NCBI GenBank assembly: GCA_938034705.1
Contig: CALHMG010000046.1
Span: 11,263 to 75,262 of the forward strand
DNA length: 64,000 bases
Direction: 5' to 3'
Source: an uncultured Gammaproteobacteria bacterium
GTDB lineage: Bacteria; Pseudomonadota; Gammaproteobacteria; Arenicellales; CALHMG01
The first letter of the stretch is position 1. Each line of letters begins with the position of its first letter. The notes under the pieces were generated by a model. It was not told the DNA's origin. It saw nothing but the letters and a program-made list of their open reading frames with translations, and ran no database searches. Position numbers and translations under genes: made by a program. Below, one piece after another: positions 1-8,635 of this stretch.

Positions 1-205
1 CACCTGGCGCGAGCTTGAGCCCGGCATGGTGTTGACCATCGAACCCGGTCTTTACTTCGGACCCGGGCCGGACACCGACCCGCGATTCTCCGGTATTGGA
101 ATACGAATTGAAGACGACGCTGTCGTCACCACCGAAGGTTGCGAGCTCATAACAAGTGACGTGGTCAAATCGGTAGAAGATATCGAAGCGCTGATGGCGG
201 GCTGA
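1..205 (+). CDS. pepP: Xaa-Pro aminopeptidase (M24B family), C-terminal fragment; 5' end lies outside the window
   Basis: Frame 2 is open from the window edge: ..[66 protein letters not shown], stop TGA at 203-205. The TIEPG.Y and GIRIED motifs are typical M24 metal-ligand segments. It lies directly upstream of ubiH-ubiI, as in the E. coli pepP-ubiH-visC cluster. It is absent from the ORF track because it has no start codon in the window. Confidence 0.8.
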   Translation, partial: TWRELEPGMVLTIEPGLYFGPGPDTDPRFSGIGIRIEDDAVVTTEGCELITSDVVKSVEDIEALMAG

Positions 206-250
206 TGTCGATAGCCGATCTCGACCACGTGGGCGCGACTGAACGAACCG

Positions 251-1495
251 ATGTCGTTAAATAAGCAACATGACGTCATCATTGTTGGTGGCGGGCTGGT
301 CGGCGCGAGCCTTGCGTGCGCGCTGGCGGACGTAAACGTCGATTGCGCCCTTGTTGAGTCAACGCCGTTCGGGCTTGACGATCAGCCAAGTTATGACGAG
401 CGAACGGTTGCGTTGACGCACAGTTCCCGGCAGATATTTACGGGCATCGGCGTCTGGAACGAAATTGCCGAACATGACGCAACCGCAATAACGGCTATCC
501 ATGTGTCGGACAAAGGTCACTTCGGCCACAGTGTGCTGTCATGCACCGACGTCGGGACCGACGCGCTGGGCTTTGTTGTTCCCCATCGCGTGCTGGGCAA
601 GGTTTTTTACCAGCAGATTCAGGCGCGATCCGCCGTCACGTTATACAGCCCGGCAACCGCCACGACGATCGATCCGTCGACAGAGCTGTCGACGGTGACA
701 CTCAACGATGGTGTGAAACTGGATGCCCGACTGGTCGTCATCGCCGACGGTGGTCGATCGGGTCTCGCGCAATCCCTTGGCATGCGTGGCCGCGGTCGCG
801 ACTATCGCCAGCAGGCCCTCATCGCAACGCTGACCACGGACAGGGACCCTGCAGGACTCGCGTTCGAGCGATTTACCTCCAGCGGCCCTCTGGCTCTGCT
901 TCCAGCGGGAGATCATCGCTATGTCATGGCATGGACGCTGGAGCCCGACGAGATACCGGCAATGATCGACGGAACCGACGATGTGTTTCTCGCAAAACTG
1001 CAGCAGACCATCGGGCGCCGGGCCGGCAGATTCACCAACACCAGCGCACGACGCGCGTATCCGCTGCGCCTGCATCAACTGACAACGCCCGTCGCAACGC
1101 GCGCCGTCGCCATCGGCAATGCCGCCCACACCGTGCACCCGGTAGCCGGCCAGGGATTTAATCTGGGTCTTCGCGACGTGGCCGCTCTCGCGGACGTGCT
1201 GTATGAGGCTACCGTTCAAGGCGGCGACATCGGCGATCGAACTTTGCTCCGTCGGTACGCGTCAGGTCGCAAATCTGATACGCGATCGGTGGGATGGATC
1301 ACTGATGGACTCATCAGGGCTTTTGCGAACGACTCAATCCCGCTGGCGGTGGCCCGCAATGGTGGCCTTTCGGCTATCAACCTGCTCCCGGCCGCACGTC
1401 GGGCGCTGCTGCGACAGACCATGGGCCTGAACGCGGCAACGTCGACGCTTGCCCTTGGCCTGCCCCTGGGCAGCCCAACGAGACCGGTTCTGTGA
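251..1495 (+). CDS. ubiH: FAD-dependent ubiquinone biosynthesis hydroxylase (2-octaprenyl-6-methoxyphenol hydroxylase type)
   Basis: 414 aa. The N-terminal DVIIVGGGLVGASLA is a GxGxxG FAD fold, and the C-terminal GNAAHTVHPVAGQGFNLGLRD is the UbiH/UbiF/Coq6 signature. Its position after pepP matches enterobacterial synteny. Confidence 0.8.
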   Translation: MSLNKQHDVIIVGGGLVGASLACALADVNVDCALVESTPFGLDDQPSYDERTVALTHSSRQIFTGIGVWNEIAEHDATAITAIHVSDKGHFGHSVLSCTDVGTDALGFVVPHRVLGKVFYQQIQARSAVTLYSPATATTIDPSTELSTVTLNDGVKLDARLVVIADGGRSGLAQSLGMRGRGRDYRQQALIATLTTDRDPAGLAFERFTSSGPLALLPAGDHRYVMAWTLEPDEIPAMIDGTDDVFLAKLQQTIGRRAGRFTNTSARRAYPLRLHQLTTPVATRAVAIGNAAHTVHPVAGQGFNLGLRDVAALADVLYEATVQGGDIGDRTLLRRYASGRKSDTRSVGWITDGLIRAFANDSIPLAVARNGGLSAINLLPAARRALLRQTMGLNAATSTLALGLPLGSPTRPVL

Positions 1496-2691
1496 AGCAA
1501 GCCTACGATGTGGTCATTGTCGGCGCCGGGATGGTTGGCGCTACGCTCGCCGTGACGCTTCAGAAAAGCGATCTCGACGTCCTGGTAATAGACCGCAGCG
1601 AACCACCGGCTTTCCCGGGAGAGCAGTACGAACTTCGCGTCAGTGCGGTCAACGTTGGCGCACAGACGTTGTTCGAGCGACTCGACGTCATGCAGTCGAT
1701 ATCGGCGGTAAGAGTGAGTCCGATGCGAAGCATGCACGTCTGGGACGAGGCCGGTAACGGCGCCACTCGCCTGCGCGCAGCTGACATCGGTGAGCCGCAC
1801 CTTGGGCACATCATCGAGAACAATGTCGTCACACGTGCACTGATCGACAGTCTCGCTGGCACAGGTCGGATCGACATGGCGTGGCCCGTTGAGGTGCAGT
1901 CGCTTGATTCCGACGATCATCACGTGACGGTAAAGTTAAGCAGTGGTGAGTCAATAAGATCCCGACTGGTTGTCGGCGCCGACGGCGCGAGTTCCGTTGT
2001 TCGTAAGCTCGCCGGAATTGAAGCGTCTGTTCACAGCTATAACCAGCGAACGCTTGTCGCGATTGCGCAAACCGAACGACCACATCAGGACTGTGCCTGG
2101 CAACGCTTCCTCAGGACCGGGCCACTTGCCTTTTTGCCACTGGCCGGCGGCCTGACCTCGATTGCGTGGCATGCCGATGACACACTGGCCGAGTCGCTGC
2201 GAGAAATGTCTTCCGGCGAACTCGAAGCGGCCATTGCCCATCATGCCGGTAATCAGCTGGGCGCCGTGAGACTCGCGGGGCCCGTGGGCGGTTTCCCGCT
2301 CATTCGCATGCACGCGCCGACCTACTGGAGTAACCGGGTGGCCTTGATCGGCGACGCGGCCCACGCCATTCATCCTCTCGCCGGGCTCGGCGCCAATCTC
2401 GGCTTTATGGATGCCGCAACGCTATGCGAAAAGCTGCTCAATCACCCGAATCGTGACCCCGGCGACGCGCGGACACTGCGAGCCTACGATCGGGCCCGCC
2501 GCGCCCAGAATTCAACAATTGTTGGCGTCACCGATGCGTTTAAACATGTTTTTGGCTCCAACAGTCAGGCCGTCGCGGGGATGCGCAACTTCGGCCTGAA
2601 AGCCGCAGATCGCCTACAACCTGCGAAACGTGCAGTGATACGCTACGCCATGGGGATTGACGGCGACCTGCCAGATCTCGCGCGGCGCTGA
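1492..2691 (+). CDS. ubiI: FAD-dependent ubiquinone biosynthesis hydroxylase paralog (UbiI/VisC-like)
   Basis: 399 aa with DVVIVGAGMVGATLA and GDAAHAIHPLAGLGANLGFMD. The GTG start overlaps the ubiH stop (GTGA). The UbiI versus UbiF assignment rests only on gene order. Confidence 0.7.
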   Translation: MKQAYDVVIVGAGMVGATLAVTLQKSDLDVLVIDRSEPPAFPGEQYELRVSAVNVGAQTLFERLDVMQSISAVRVSPMRSMHVWDEAGNGATRLRAADIGEPHLGHIIENNVVTRALIDSLAGTGRIDMAWPVEVQSLDSDDHHVTVKLSSGESIRSRLVVGADGASSVVRKLAGIEASVHSYNQRTLVAIAQTERPHQDCAWQRFLRTGPLAFLPLAGGLTSIAWHADDTLAESLREMSSGELEAAIAHHAGNQLGAVRLAGPVGGFPLIRMHAPTYWSNRVALIGDAAHAIHPLAGLGANLGFMDAATLCEKLLNHPNRDPGDARTLRAYDRARRAQNSTIVGVTDAFKHVFGSNSQAVAGMRNFGLKAADRLQPAKRAVIRYAMGIDGDLPDLARR

Positions 2692-2811
2692 CAGAGATTC
2701 GCTCACAAGTTATCTGCGGGTTATCTGCCGCGTTGTCTGCGACCGCTCGGCGCACCGAACCCCCTCGATTTTTCAACTCAAGCCAACTTCGCAACAGCAC
2801 ATTACTACGCT

Positions 2812-4062
2812 ATGGATCTGCTCGAACTAACCGCAATACTGATCACGCTCACCGCTGTGTTCGCCTACATCAACGAACGCTTTTTTGGTCTTCCGACTAC
2901 CGTCGGCGTGATGTTGATTGCCCTGGTCTTTTCCGTGCTGTTGCTGATGCTTGGCAAGTTCGGCATGGCCAGCGTGACGGCTTCAGCCAAAAGCATTCTC
3001 AGTGAAGTCGACTTTAACAAGACGCTACTCGATGGAATGCTGAGTTTCCTGCTGTTTGCAGGAGCCTTGCACGTCAACCTCGAAGACCTCGCCAAACAGA
3101 AATGGTTGATCATTACTCTCGCCACGTTCGGCGTTTGTCTGTCGACGTTTCTGGTCGGCATCATGGCGTACTTCGGATTGATGCTGTTCGGGATTGAAGT
3201 TTCGCTGCTCTACTGCTTCTTGTTCGGCGCGCTCATCTCCCCCACAGATCCAATAGCCGTACTGGCAACGCTTAAAACTGTCGGTATCGAAAAGAGCCTG
3301 GAAACAAAAATTGCCGGCGAATCCCTGTTTAACGACGGCGTCGGTGTGGTGGTGTTTCTGGTGCTCTACGGCATGGCCACCAGCGGCGGCGACGTGTCCA
3401 TCGCCGCGGCCGGCAAGCTGTTCGTCCAGGAAGCGCTCGGCGGTATCGCGCTGGGTCTTGGACTTGGCTGGATTACCTACATGCTGTGTCGAAGCGTCGA
3501 CAACTATCAGGTCGAGATACTGCTGACCCTCGCCCTCGTTCTGGGCGGCTATATGCTGGCGTTGCAGCTGCATATGTCAGGCCCAATCGCCATGGTCGTA
3601 GCGGGTCTGCTGATCGGCAACCACGGCCGGCTGTTCGCAATGACAGAAAAGACACGCGAACACCTGGATACGTTCTGGGAGCTGACCGACGAAATACTCA
3701 ACGCGCTGCTGTTTGTTCTTATCGGTCTCGAAATACTGATTCTCGATATCACCGGTCAGTATCTGATGTTTGGTGTCATCGCCATACCGATGGTGCTGCT
3801 CGCACGAACGATTGCAGTAGGACTGCCGATCAAAGTGATGGCGCTCAAACGCGAGTTCAGTCCCAACGTTGTGCGCATTATGGTGTGGGGTGGAATCCGT
3901 GGCGGTATTTCCGTTGCGCTCGCGCTGTCATTGCCACCCGGCAAGGCACGCGACATGTTTATCTGCGTGACTTACGTGATCGTGATCTTTTCGATCGTCG
4001 TTCAGGGCCTGACGATCAAGAAACTTGTCGAGCAGGTCGAAACCGAAGAGCCAGGCACCTGA
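2812..4062 (+). CDS. Na+/H+ antiporter, CPA1 (NhaP-type) family
   Basis: 416 aa, polytopic and hydrophobic throughout. It carries LFGALISPTDPIAV and ESLFNDGVGVV segments, which are characteristic of CPA1 exchangers. Confidence 0.8.
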   Translation: MDLLELTAILITLTAVFAYINERFFGLPTTVGVMLIALVFSVLLLMLGKFGMASVTASAKSILSEVDFNKTLLDGMLSFLLFAGALHVNLEDLAKQKWLIITLATFGVCLSTFLVGIMAYFGLMLFGIEVSLLYCFLFGALISPTDPIAVLATLKTVGIEKSLETKIAGESLFNDGVGVVVFLVLYGMATSGGDVSIAAAGKLFVQEALGGIALGLGLGWITYMLCRSVDNYQVEILLTLALVLGGYMLALQLHMSGPIAMVVAGLLIGNHGRLFAMTEKTREHLDTFWELTDEILNALLFVLIGLEILILDITGQYLMFGVIAIPMVLLARTIAVGLPIKVMALKREFSPNVVRIMVWGGIRGGISVALALSLPPGKARDMFICVTYVIVIFSIVVQGLTIKKLVEQVETEEPGT

Positions 4063-4090
4063 CATGACGCCAGGCTGACCGCGTGTGGCT

Positions 4091-5839
4091 TCAGGCCGCC
4101 GCGGTTTTCTGGCGAAACAGGTGGCCCTGAACCAGGTCACATCCGTGGTCGGTGAGCCAGCGATACTGCTCAGGACGCTCGACCCCTTCTGCAACCACGG
4201 TGATGTTGCGCTGTCGGGCGATTGCGATAACGGATTCGATAATCGTTTCGTCCATCGCGCACCGGCCGATGCCCTCGATGAAACTGCCGTCAACCTTCAC
4301 AAAGTCCACCTCGAGGGTGCGCAACAAACCGAGAGACGTGTAGCCTGCACCAAAATCGTCGATCGCAACTCTGATGCCCTGGCGTCGGAGCGATTTCAGA
4401 ATCGGGCCGATTCGTTCGTGGTGTCCGGCGAGCGATGTCTCGGTCATTTCCACGATTAACGAAGAAGGTGGCAGCGCGTGATAGCTGAGCTCCACCAGAA
4501 TTCTTTCAAGCAGGCGCGGATCGAGTAACGACAGTGGCGACAGGTTGACCGATACATCCGGTCGCGTCTCGTCCTTCATCCGACCCATCTGACGCATGGC
4601 GCGTCGCAGGACAAGTCGATCAATGTCGTGAACCAGGCCCATTTCTTCTGCAATGGAAATGAACGTTGTCGGTCCGACCAGTTTGCCGCCACGCCTCCAG
4701 CGAACAAGTGCCTCGCAGAATGCGAGCTGGCCCGTGCAGGCGTCGAGAACAGGCTCGAACGTCAGCTCCAGAGAACCTTCCGCCAGCGCCTTGCGTAACC
4801 GCACTTCGGTTGAAAGTCGCGCAGCCGCATTGCTTTCAAGTTTTTCGTCGTAAAGCATCGAACGCGTACTTCTGCGTCGGGCGCTGCGCATCGCTACATC
4901 AGCGCAGCGCAGCAGGCTGCGCCCGTCAACCGCGTCCAGCGGGTAGCGCGCGATTCCAACATTCAGCGAAACGGGTAGACGTCGGGGTCCAACCGCCACG
5001 GGCTCTACAACCGATTCGATAAGCGACTGGGCGACACTGGCCGCCGCCGCAGAATCAGTGTTGGGTATGACGACTGCAAATTCATCCCCGGCAACACGAC
5101 CCATCCAGCCGCTGGACGGGATGCACTCACGCAATCGTTCCGACAGCGCTACCAGCAGTCCGTCACCAACATCGTGACCCCATGCTTCGTTAACGTCGCG
5201 CAATCGAACGACGTCGACGAGCAACAGCGCCAGCTTGCCGATGTTCTGCATTGAGTCGAGTTCACGCTCGAGCCGGCGCATGACCATCGCGCGATCGTCG
5301 AGACCCGTCAGCGCGTCCGTTGTGATCACGCGATCGAGTTCGCGGCGCAGCGCTTCGCTTTCTGTGATGTCGACAATCTGAAGAAGGTAAGCCGCGAGCT
5401 CGTCGCTCTGGGTACGACTCGCTACAGCCTTGACGCGCGTGTGAACCGTCTGACCATCGCTGCGCCGGTAGCGACGCAACTCGGACGTAACCTTGGCGTT
5501 TGACTCAAGCATCCGCGTGTAGATGCGTGCATCAACGTTGAGATCCATCGGGTCACCAAGATCAGTTGACCCACTCAGTATTTCGCGCTCGGTAGCGCCG
5601 ATCATCGAACAAAACGCGGGATTGACGCGTTCAAGCTCACCGTCGGCGCCATACACCAGCATGCCAATAGGCGACAGCTCAAAAAGAGCCTGGGTAAAGC
5701 GTGGATGCAGGCCGACTCCAGGGTCGATTTTTTCAACGGCCGGCGTAATCGACTGAGGTGCAGTTCGCCCGGCAACTGCAGGGGGAAGCGGTGACGAACG
5801 GCTGTCGCCGGGCGTCGTAGGAGGGGTGATATCGGACAT
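4091..5839 (-). CDS. PAS-GGDEF-EAL cyclic-di-GMP signalling protein
   Basis: The start is set at the internal ATG (MSDITPP.., 5837-5839), because the longer ORF to 6097 overlaps the divergent gene at 5988. It has a PAS-like segment (LFELSPIGMLVYGADGELERVNPAF). The GGDEF domain has the variant motif AGDEF (5078-5092). The EAL domain carries EALVRW, EMTE, DDFGAGYTSL, KVDGSF, EGVE and QG. Confidence 0.85.
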   Translation of the reverse strand: MSDITPPTTPGDSRSSPLPPAVAGRTAPQSITPAVEKIDPGVGLHPRFTQALFELSPIGMLVYGADGELERVNPAFCSMIGATEREILSGSTDLGDPMDLNVDARIYTRMLESNAKVTSELRRYRRSDGQTVHTRVKAVASRTQSDELAAYLLQIVDITESEALRRELDRVITTDALTGLDDRAMVMRRLERELDSMQNIGKLALLLVDVVRLRDVNEAWGHDVGDGLLVALSERLRECIPSSGWMGRVAGDEFAVVIPNTDSAAAASVAQSLIESVVEPVAVGPRRLPVSLNVGIARYPLDAVDGRSLLRCADVAMRSARRRSTRSMLYDEKLESNAAARLSTEVRLRKALAEGSLELTFEPVLDACTGQLAFCEALVRWRRGGKLVGPTTFISIAEEMGLVHDIDRLVLRRAMRQMGRMKDETRPDVSVNLSPLSLLDPRLLERILVELSYHALPPSSLIVEMTETSLAGHHERIGPILKSLRRQGIRVAIDDFGAGYTSLGLLRTLEVDFVKVDGSFIEGIGRCAMDETIIESVIAIARQRNITVVAEGVERPEQYRWLTDHGCDLVQGHLFRQKTAAA

Positions 5840-5987
5840 GAGAAAATCGACCTTCAACTTCAGTCTCGAATTCTCGCACAGCCCACGCACAAGATCAGGT
5901 AGATTCTGGTTGAATCCCACCGTCGGATGCGGATTTTTGTCAAAATGACGACAGGCGATTCCCCCGACAAAATCAAGCCAGGACACG

Positions 5988-6896
5988 ATGATGGCGAAAG
6001 CCAAAGCAGCAAAAGTCGCAAAAAAGACCGCAAAAAAGGTCGTGAAAAGCGTTACCCAGGGTACCGGGGCATTGCGAAAAATGACGGTCGAACACACGGA
6101 CCCGGTGGGCTACAGCCTGCGGCTCGTGACCGCTGACAGTCCGGACGTCGTCATCGATCTGAACAAGGCCATCGGCAAGACCCTGTCGATCAGCTACGAG
6201 GGTCGGATCGAATGCGTCCACTGTGGACGCAAGTCAAACAAGAGCTTTGCCCAGGGCTACTGCTTTCCGTGCATGCGCAAACTCGCGCAGTGTGACACCT
6301 GCATCATGAAACCCGAACTCTGCCACTACCATGAAGGCACGTGCAGAGAACCGCAGTGGGGTGAGGAAAACTGCATGCAGCCTCACACCGTTTACGTCGC
6401 AAACACGTCTGGACTCAAAGTGGGTATTACCCGCGGCACACAGGTCCCGACGCGCTGGATCGATCAGGGTGCGGCCGCGGCCATTCCGCTGTTTCAGACG
6501 CGGGATCGCCGACAGTCAGGTCTCGTTGAAGACGTGGTACGCAAGCACGTCGCTGACAGAACGGACTTTCGTCGCATGCTCAAAGGCCAGCCCGAAGCCA
6601 GAGACATGGTCGAGGCAGCGGCTGAACTTCGTGACGCTGCAGCGGCGGACATCAAGAAAATTCTCAAAGAACACGGCACTGATGCTGTCGTCGAACCGGT
6701 CGACACCGACGTACGCGAGTTCAACTATCCGGTAACGCAGTGGCCGGAAAAAGTTAAGTCGGTAACGCTGGATAAAGTGCCTCAGGTGTCAGAGCGACTC
6801 GTCGGCATCAAGGGGCAGTATCTGATTCTTGAAGAATCGGTGTTCAACGTTCGCAGGCACGGCGGATACGTCGTCTCGGTAGCTGTGAAAAAATAG
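5988..6896 (+). CDS. DUF2797 family protein with Cys-rich zinc-ribbon-like segment
   Basis: 302 aa. CVHCGRKSNKSFAQGYCFPCMRKLAQCDTCIMKPELCHYHEGTCREPQWGEENCMQPHTVYVANTSGLKVGITR matches my memory of DUF2797 proteins. The first ~20 aa are a Lys/Ala-rich tail, so the start is uncertain. Confidence 0.7.
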   Translation: MMAKAKAAKVAKKTAKKVVKSVTQGTGALRKMTVEHTDPVGYSLRLVTADSPDVVIDLNKAIGKTLSISYEGRIECVHCGRKSNKSFAQGYCFPCMRKLAQCDTCIMKPELCHYHEGTCREPQWGEENCMQPHTVYVANTSGLKVGITRGTQVPTRWIDQGAAAAIPLFQTRDRRQSGLVEDVVRKHVADRTDFRRMLKGQPEARDMVEAAAELRDAAAADIKKILKEHGTDAVVEPVDTDVREFNYPVTQWPEKVKSVTLDKVPQVSERLVGIKGQYLILEESVFNVRRHGGYVVSVAVKK

Positions 6897-7030
6897 TGAC
6901 CGTCGTCGACTGAGGTGTCGACCGGTCAGAGGCCTGGCGCGGGAACGCTCATTCAACCGGCCTCAACAACCCGGCCCGGGATTCGGGCCCGGAGACTCTG
7001 CGAAGTTGATGGGCGAAGTTGATAGCTCTG

Positions 7031-7267
7031 CTAGCTGGCTTCTGCCAGGCGTGATGCGCCCGTAATCCAGCCAACGCGCGGATGCAGCACTTCTTCAGAA
7101 ATCATGATGTCCATGCCGAGTCGATCACGGATGCGCTCGTAGTCGTGCAATCCCTCGAGATCATCACGTAATCGCTGAAACTGTTCCTGGCTGACATAGA
7201 GCACATTCGGAGCAAAACCGTGCTGCCTGCGAAAATTGGTGCACAGCCCAACAATAAAGCTCAACAT
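7031..7267 (-). CDS. hypothetical small protein (78 aa)
   Basis: This is the only ORF of reasonable size in the 6.9-7.4 kb gap, divergent from argE. I recognise no motif. Confidence 0.35.
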   Translation of the reverse strand: MLSFIVGLCTNFRRQHGFAPNVLYVSQEQFQRLRDDLEGLHDYERIRDRLGMDIMISEEVLHPRVGWITGASRLAEAS

Positions 7268-7436
7268 TGCACTTACCTCCTTGTTCAGGTCTTCAGGTCC
7301 ACGTTCGGAGATCCAAACTTGCGTTCCGGACTCTCGTCAGACACCGTCACTAATGGTGTGTTCCACATGTGACACTAATATGACACATCAAACTCATCCG
7401 GCCCACTATCAACCCAGTTCGACGGACATTTAACAA

Positions 7437-8594
7437 TTGAAACACTTTCCCGATACTAACGAACTCATCGAGCGGCTGGTCGGCTTCGATACCGTTAGTC
7501 GCAACTCGAATCTGGCGCTCATCAGCTTCATTGCCGACCTCCTCGACGGGCTGGGTGTGCCGACACAGCTGACGTACGACGACGACAAACGAAAGGCCAA
7601 TCTTTGGGCAACTTTTGGGCCGGACGAGTTCGCCGGAACGGTGCTCTCGGGACACACCGACGTCGTACCCGTCGACGGCCAGGCATGGACCACTGATCCA
7701 TTCACGCTGACGCGCAAGCAGGACAGCGTTTACGGGCGCGGCACGTCTGACATGAAGGGCTTCATTGCGATCTGTCTGTCACGCGCCCGAACGTTAAGCC
7801 AGACCCGTCTGCAACGCCCGATTCACTACGCGTTCTCGTTCGACGAAGAGGTCGGCTGTCTCGGTGTACCGCGTCTCATTGCCGAGGTCGCAAAACGAGA
7901 CGTTTTGCCGAGTCAGTGCATCGTCGGAGAGCCCACCGGTATGGAAGTCGTCAACGGGCACAAGGGCAAGCTCGCGACACGCTGTCAGGTGCACGGACTT
8001 GAATGTCATTCAGGGCTGGCGCACCAGGGCGCCAACGCGGTCGAAGCGGCTGCCGAAGCAATTGCTTTTCTGAAAAGGATGTCGCGACGTCATCGTGACA
8101 GTGGTCCCTTCAACGACGAGTTTGATCCGCCTTACACAACCGTGCACACCGGCGTTGTCAATGGCGGCTCGGCGATTAACATTGTGCCGAACGAGTGCAG
8201 CTTCGATTTTGAGTTTCGACTGATACCCGGCGACGACCCCGCCACGCTGCTCGGCGAACTCAAAACGTATATCGACGATGAACTCCTTCCCGAGATGCGC
8301 GAGGTCTATCCTGACGCCAGCTTTGCGTGGTCAACACTGTCGAACTATCCAAGCCTGCTCACTGAACCTGATACGGATGTCGTCAAACTCGCCCAGCGAC
8401 TGAGTGGATCATCAGCGACCGGCAAAGTGAGTTTTGGTACCGAGGGCGGTCTGTTCAAAGCCGCCGGCATCGACGCCGTGATCTGCGGCCCCGGCCTGAT
8501 CAGTGTCGCTCACAAGCCGGACGAGCACGTTTCTCTTGCGCAAATCTCAAAATGCGAACAATTTGTTGACGAACTGATCGCAGGACACGCTTGA
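7437..8594 (+). CDS. argE: acetylornithine deacetylase (M20 peptidase family)
   Basis: 385 aa with a TTG start. It has GHTDVVPV, GRGTSDMKG and FSFDEEVGCLG metal-ligand motifs, and its length is close to E. coli ArgE. Confidence 0.85.
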   Translation: MKHFPDTNELIERLVGFDTVSRNSNLALISFIADLLDGLGVPTQLTYDDDKRKANLWATFGPDEFAGTVLSGHTDVVPVDGQAWTTDPFTLTRKQDSVYGRGTSDMKGFIAICLSRARTLSQTRLQRPIHYAFSFDEEVGCLGVPRLIAEVAKRDVLPSQCIVGEPTGMEVVNGHKGKLATRCQVHGLECHSGLAHQGANAVEAAAEAIAFLKRMSRRHRDSGPFNDEFDPPYTTVHTGVVNGGSAINIVPNECSFDFEFRLIPGDDPATLLGELKTYIDDELLPEMREVYPDASFAWSTLSNYPSLLTEPDTDVVKLAQRLSGSSATGKVSFGTEGGLFKAAGIDAVICGPGLISVAHKPDEHVSLAQISKCEQFVDELIAGHA

Positions 8595-8635
8595 GAAAGC
8601 TCTTCTCTGACCAGCACGTCAGTTAGAATCGCGCC

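Noticed and set aside
541-1923. Overlapping ORFs of 190-235 aa on both strands within ubiH/ubiI (541-1161, 641-1219, 1216-1923).
   Set aside because: They are GC-rich shadow frames with Arg/Pro/Ser-rich translations. The ubiH and ubiI frames carry clear FAD-monooxygenase motifs.
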